This document shows positions 62,082-64,000 of a stretch of 64,000 nucleotides of DNA, piece after piece. The DNA is from Utricularia gibba. Lineage: Eukaryota; Plantae; Magnoliophyta. A program made the translations under genes and the position numbers. How positions within the stretch are numbered: the stretch's first letter is position 1; every line of letters begins with the position of its first letter. Location of the stretch: positions 1,302,001 to 1,366,000 of the forward strand of contig NEEC01000007.1 in assembly GCA_002189035.1 (NCBI GenBank), in the 5' to 3' direction. The notes below the pieces were generated by a model. The model made no database searches. It was given only the letters and a program-made list of their open reading frames with translations, and was not told the DNA's origin.

Positions 62082-62858
62082 GGAGGAGTTCCACCCCTCT
62101 CTTTCCATCACTTTGTTTCTGTTCTTTCAATAAAAAAAAAAAAAAAAAAAAGAAAAATCCACCTGTTGTTGTTCCCTGTCCTTTTTTTCTTAATTTTTCG
62201 ATGTGGGATTAGTTATGATCTAATACATAGATTGAGCGGGGAGGGAGGGTGGATGGTCCATGGGGGTTCTTACCCCTAAGGAGGTAACAAAAAAATAATA
62301 ATAATTATTCATATTTAAAAAAGAAAAAACATGTAAGAACCCCACTATGTTGTAGGATGTGTTCCACCACTAATTGTACGGATTTCAACCATGGTGCAAT
62401 GGGATGAATTGGAAATTTGGTGATAGAAATATTAAAAAATCGATCATCTTTGATATATATATATATATATTTATTTATTTATTTTAAGATATTTTTGCAT
62501 TTATTTTTAAAATAGATTTTCAAAAAATGAGAATGTACATTGGCGTTATGTAATTTTAAGAAGAAATTGTATATTGTAAAATGAAAATCACTTTGCAATA
62601 ATATACAATTTATAATTCACACAAAAGATTTAATATTCATTCATCCTAGTTCTCGAGATGAAAAATTAGGAAATAAAATTGAAAAAATAATAAAAATAAC
62701 ATAGAAAACTCAAAAGGAATAAAATTATTCATTTTATATTCATTTATTATTTTTTAAAATGAAAATTTTACATTTTCATATTTTTTAAAAATAAGAAGTA
62801 AATTTGTTTTATAGAAGCGTTCATCATTTAAATGGCCAAACTTTTTATGCTTAGTTTG

Positions 62859-63970
62859 TTAGGAGTTGAAAGAGGCGCAGTCCCTGCGCACCTGCCCCTG
62901 TTTCCCAGTCTTCACTCCAACTCTCCCCAGCTTCGTCATCCCTGCAACGAAGGCTACTGCGAAATCACCTGGTTTCTGGGCGAACCTCATCACCGTCGGG
63001 TTTGAGGCGCGATCCGAGAACAGAACGTCGTCCGATTTGAAGATCCCCATTCTCAGTATCAAATTCTTGTAGTACATGTTGTCGAATGTCTGTGGAGTCA
63101 CGGGATCCATCTGCACGGCGATCCGGGGATCCACCTTCTTGGGACACTGCTGCATCAGCTGCCGCGCGTAGCTCTGGTTCAGGGTGGGGTCTCTCTCCGA
63201 GTACAGCCGATCGGAGATACGATCGCAGTGGGAGAATCCCAGGGTGTGGGCGCCGGAGAGCGCGATCATGTCTGTTCGGGAGAGGTTGTTCTTGGCGAAG
63301 AGTTTGTCCAGCTGGGCCAAATTGAAAGTGGGTTGCGGCAGATTTCGTGCAACCAGAGAGGCTTTCGAGATCATCCCATCTCGTCGTCCTAACTCCACCT
63401 CCCAAGTCGGACCTCCAGTCTGAAGGAATTGAATGGAATCAGTGAATCAAACCTTTGATTCTTACAAGAACTGTCGGTTTTCTTACCAGCGCAACGACGT
63501 CTCTGGCGGCTATGACTAAAATGTCGGCACAGGAAACAATCCCCGGGCACTGCGATTCAACTGCATGCTTCGCCTGGATCACGGTGTCGAAACCGTCGCC
63601 GGCGAGAGAGAGGTTGTCGGGAGCGTCTTTTTCAGCGTCATTGTTTTGGGAGAAAATGAGAACAGAGGCGTCACATCCCTGAAAAACAGGCAGATGGTAA
63701 GCACAAGATCAGATTTTGATAAATGAGTTTTGAATTTTGATCACAAACCGTGACGAAGCAATCATGGAAGAAGAGACGAAGAGTGCCTGGAACTGTAATG
63801 AAAGTTTGGCTCATCTTCGTGACCACAACCTGGCGGACGATTTTCTCAACATTTGGACAAGTAGATTTATAGAAATCCTTCGCGAGGAGCAGTTTCCCTT
63901 CTCCTCTAAATTCCATAAGCACCACGATGAACAAGAACATGAACAGCAGTCTTTTAGAGGAACACTCCAT
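62859..63970 (-). CDS. Class III secretory peroxidase (PRX51/55/73-like), 324 aa
   Basis: Exons 63970-63749, 63678-63487, 63419-62859. [23 protein letters not shown] and ALSGAHTLG motifs. Confidence 0.95.
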
Positions 63971-64000
63971 TATCGCTGCACTTCTGCAACTCCTCCAAAG

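Overview
Gene-dense plant (eudicot-like) nuclear DNA with about 20 recognisable protein-coding genes in 64 kb and mostly 60-100 bp introns. In order: condensin II CAP-D3 (5' partial), dynein light chain LC8, a pterin-aldehyde-reductase-like SDR, PMEI-PME pectinesterase, WDR43/UTP5, COBRA-like, LLM-GATA, importin alpha, C2H2 ZFP, TRM/DUF4378, R2R3-MYB, bromodomain-WD40 (BRWD/PHIP-like), an LdpA-like Fe-S protein, GDSL lipase, atypical bHLH, WRKY IIc, EMC6, SFR2, group 3 LEA and a class III peroxidase. No transposase, LTR, rRNA, tRNA or CRISPR could be supported. Exon models were built by hand from GT/GC-AG sites and conserved motifs recalled from memory; no database was searched. Main observations: apparent 1-bp deletions in short G/C runs shift the frame of three genes clearly (COBL, BRWD, SFR2) and probably a fourth (importin alpha), which looks like a systematic consensus error. 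There is also a U12-type intron in EMC6, two GC-AG introns, an intact homolog of cyanobacterial LdpA, an ABRE-rich head-to-head SFR2/LEA promoter, and several unexplained gene-like intervals. I did not find a clearly new multi-gene system.
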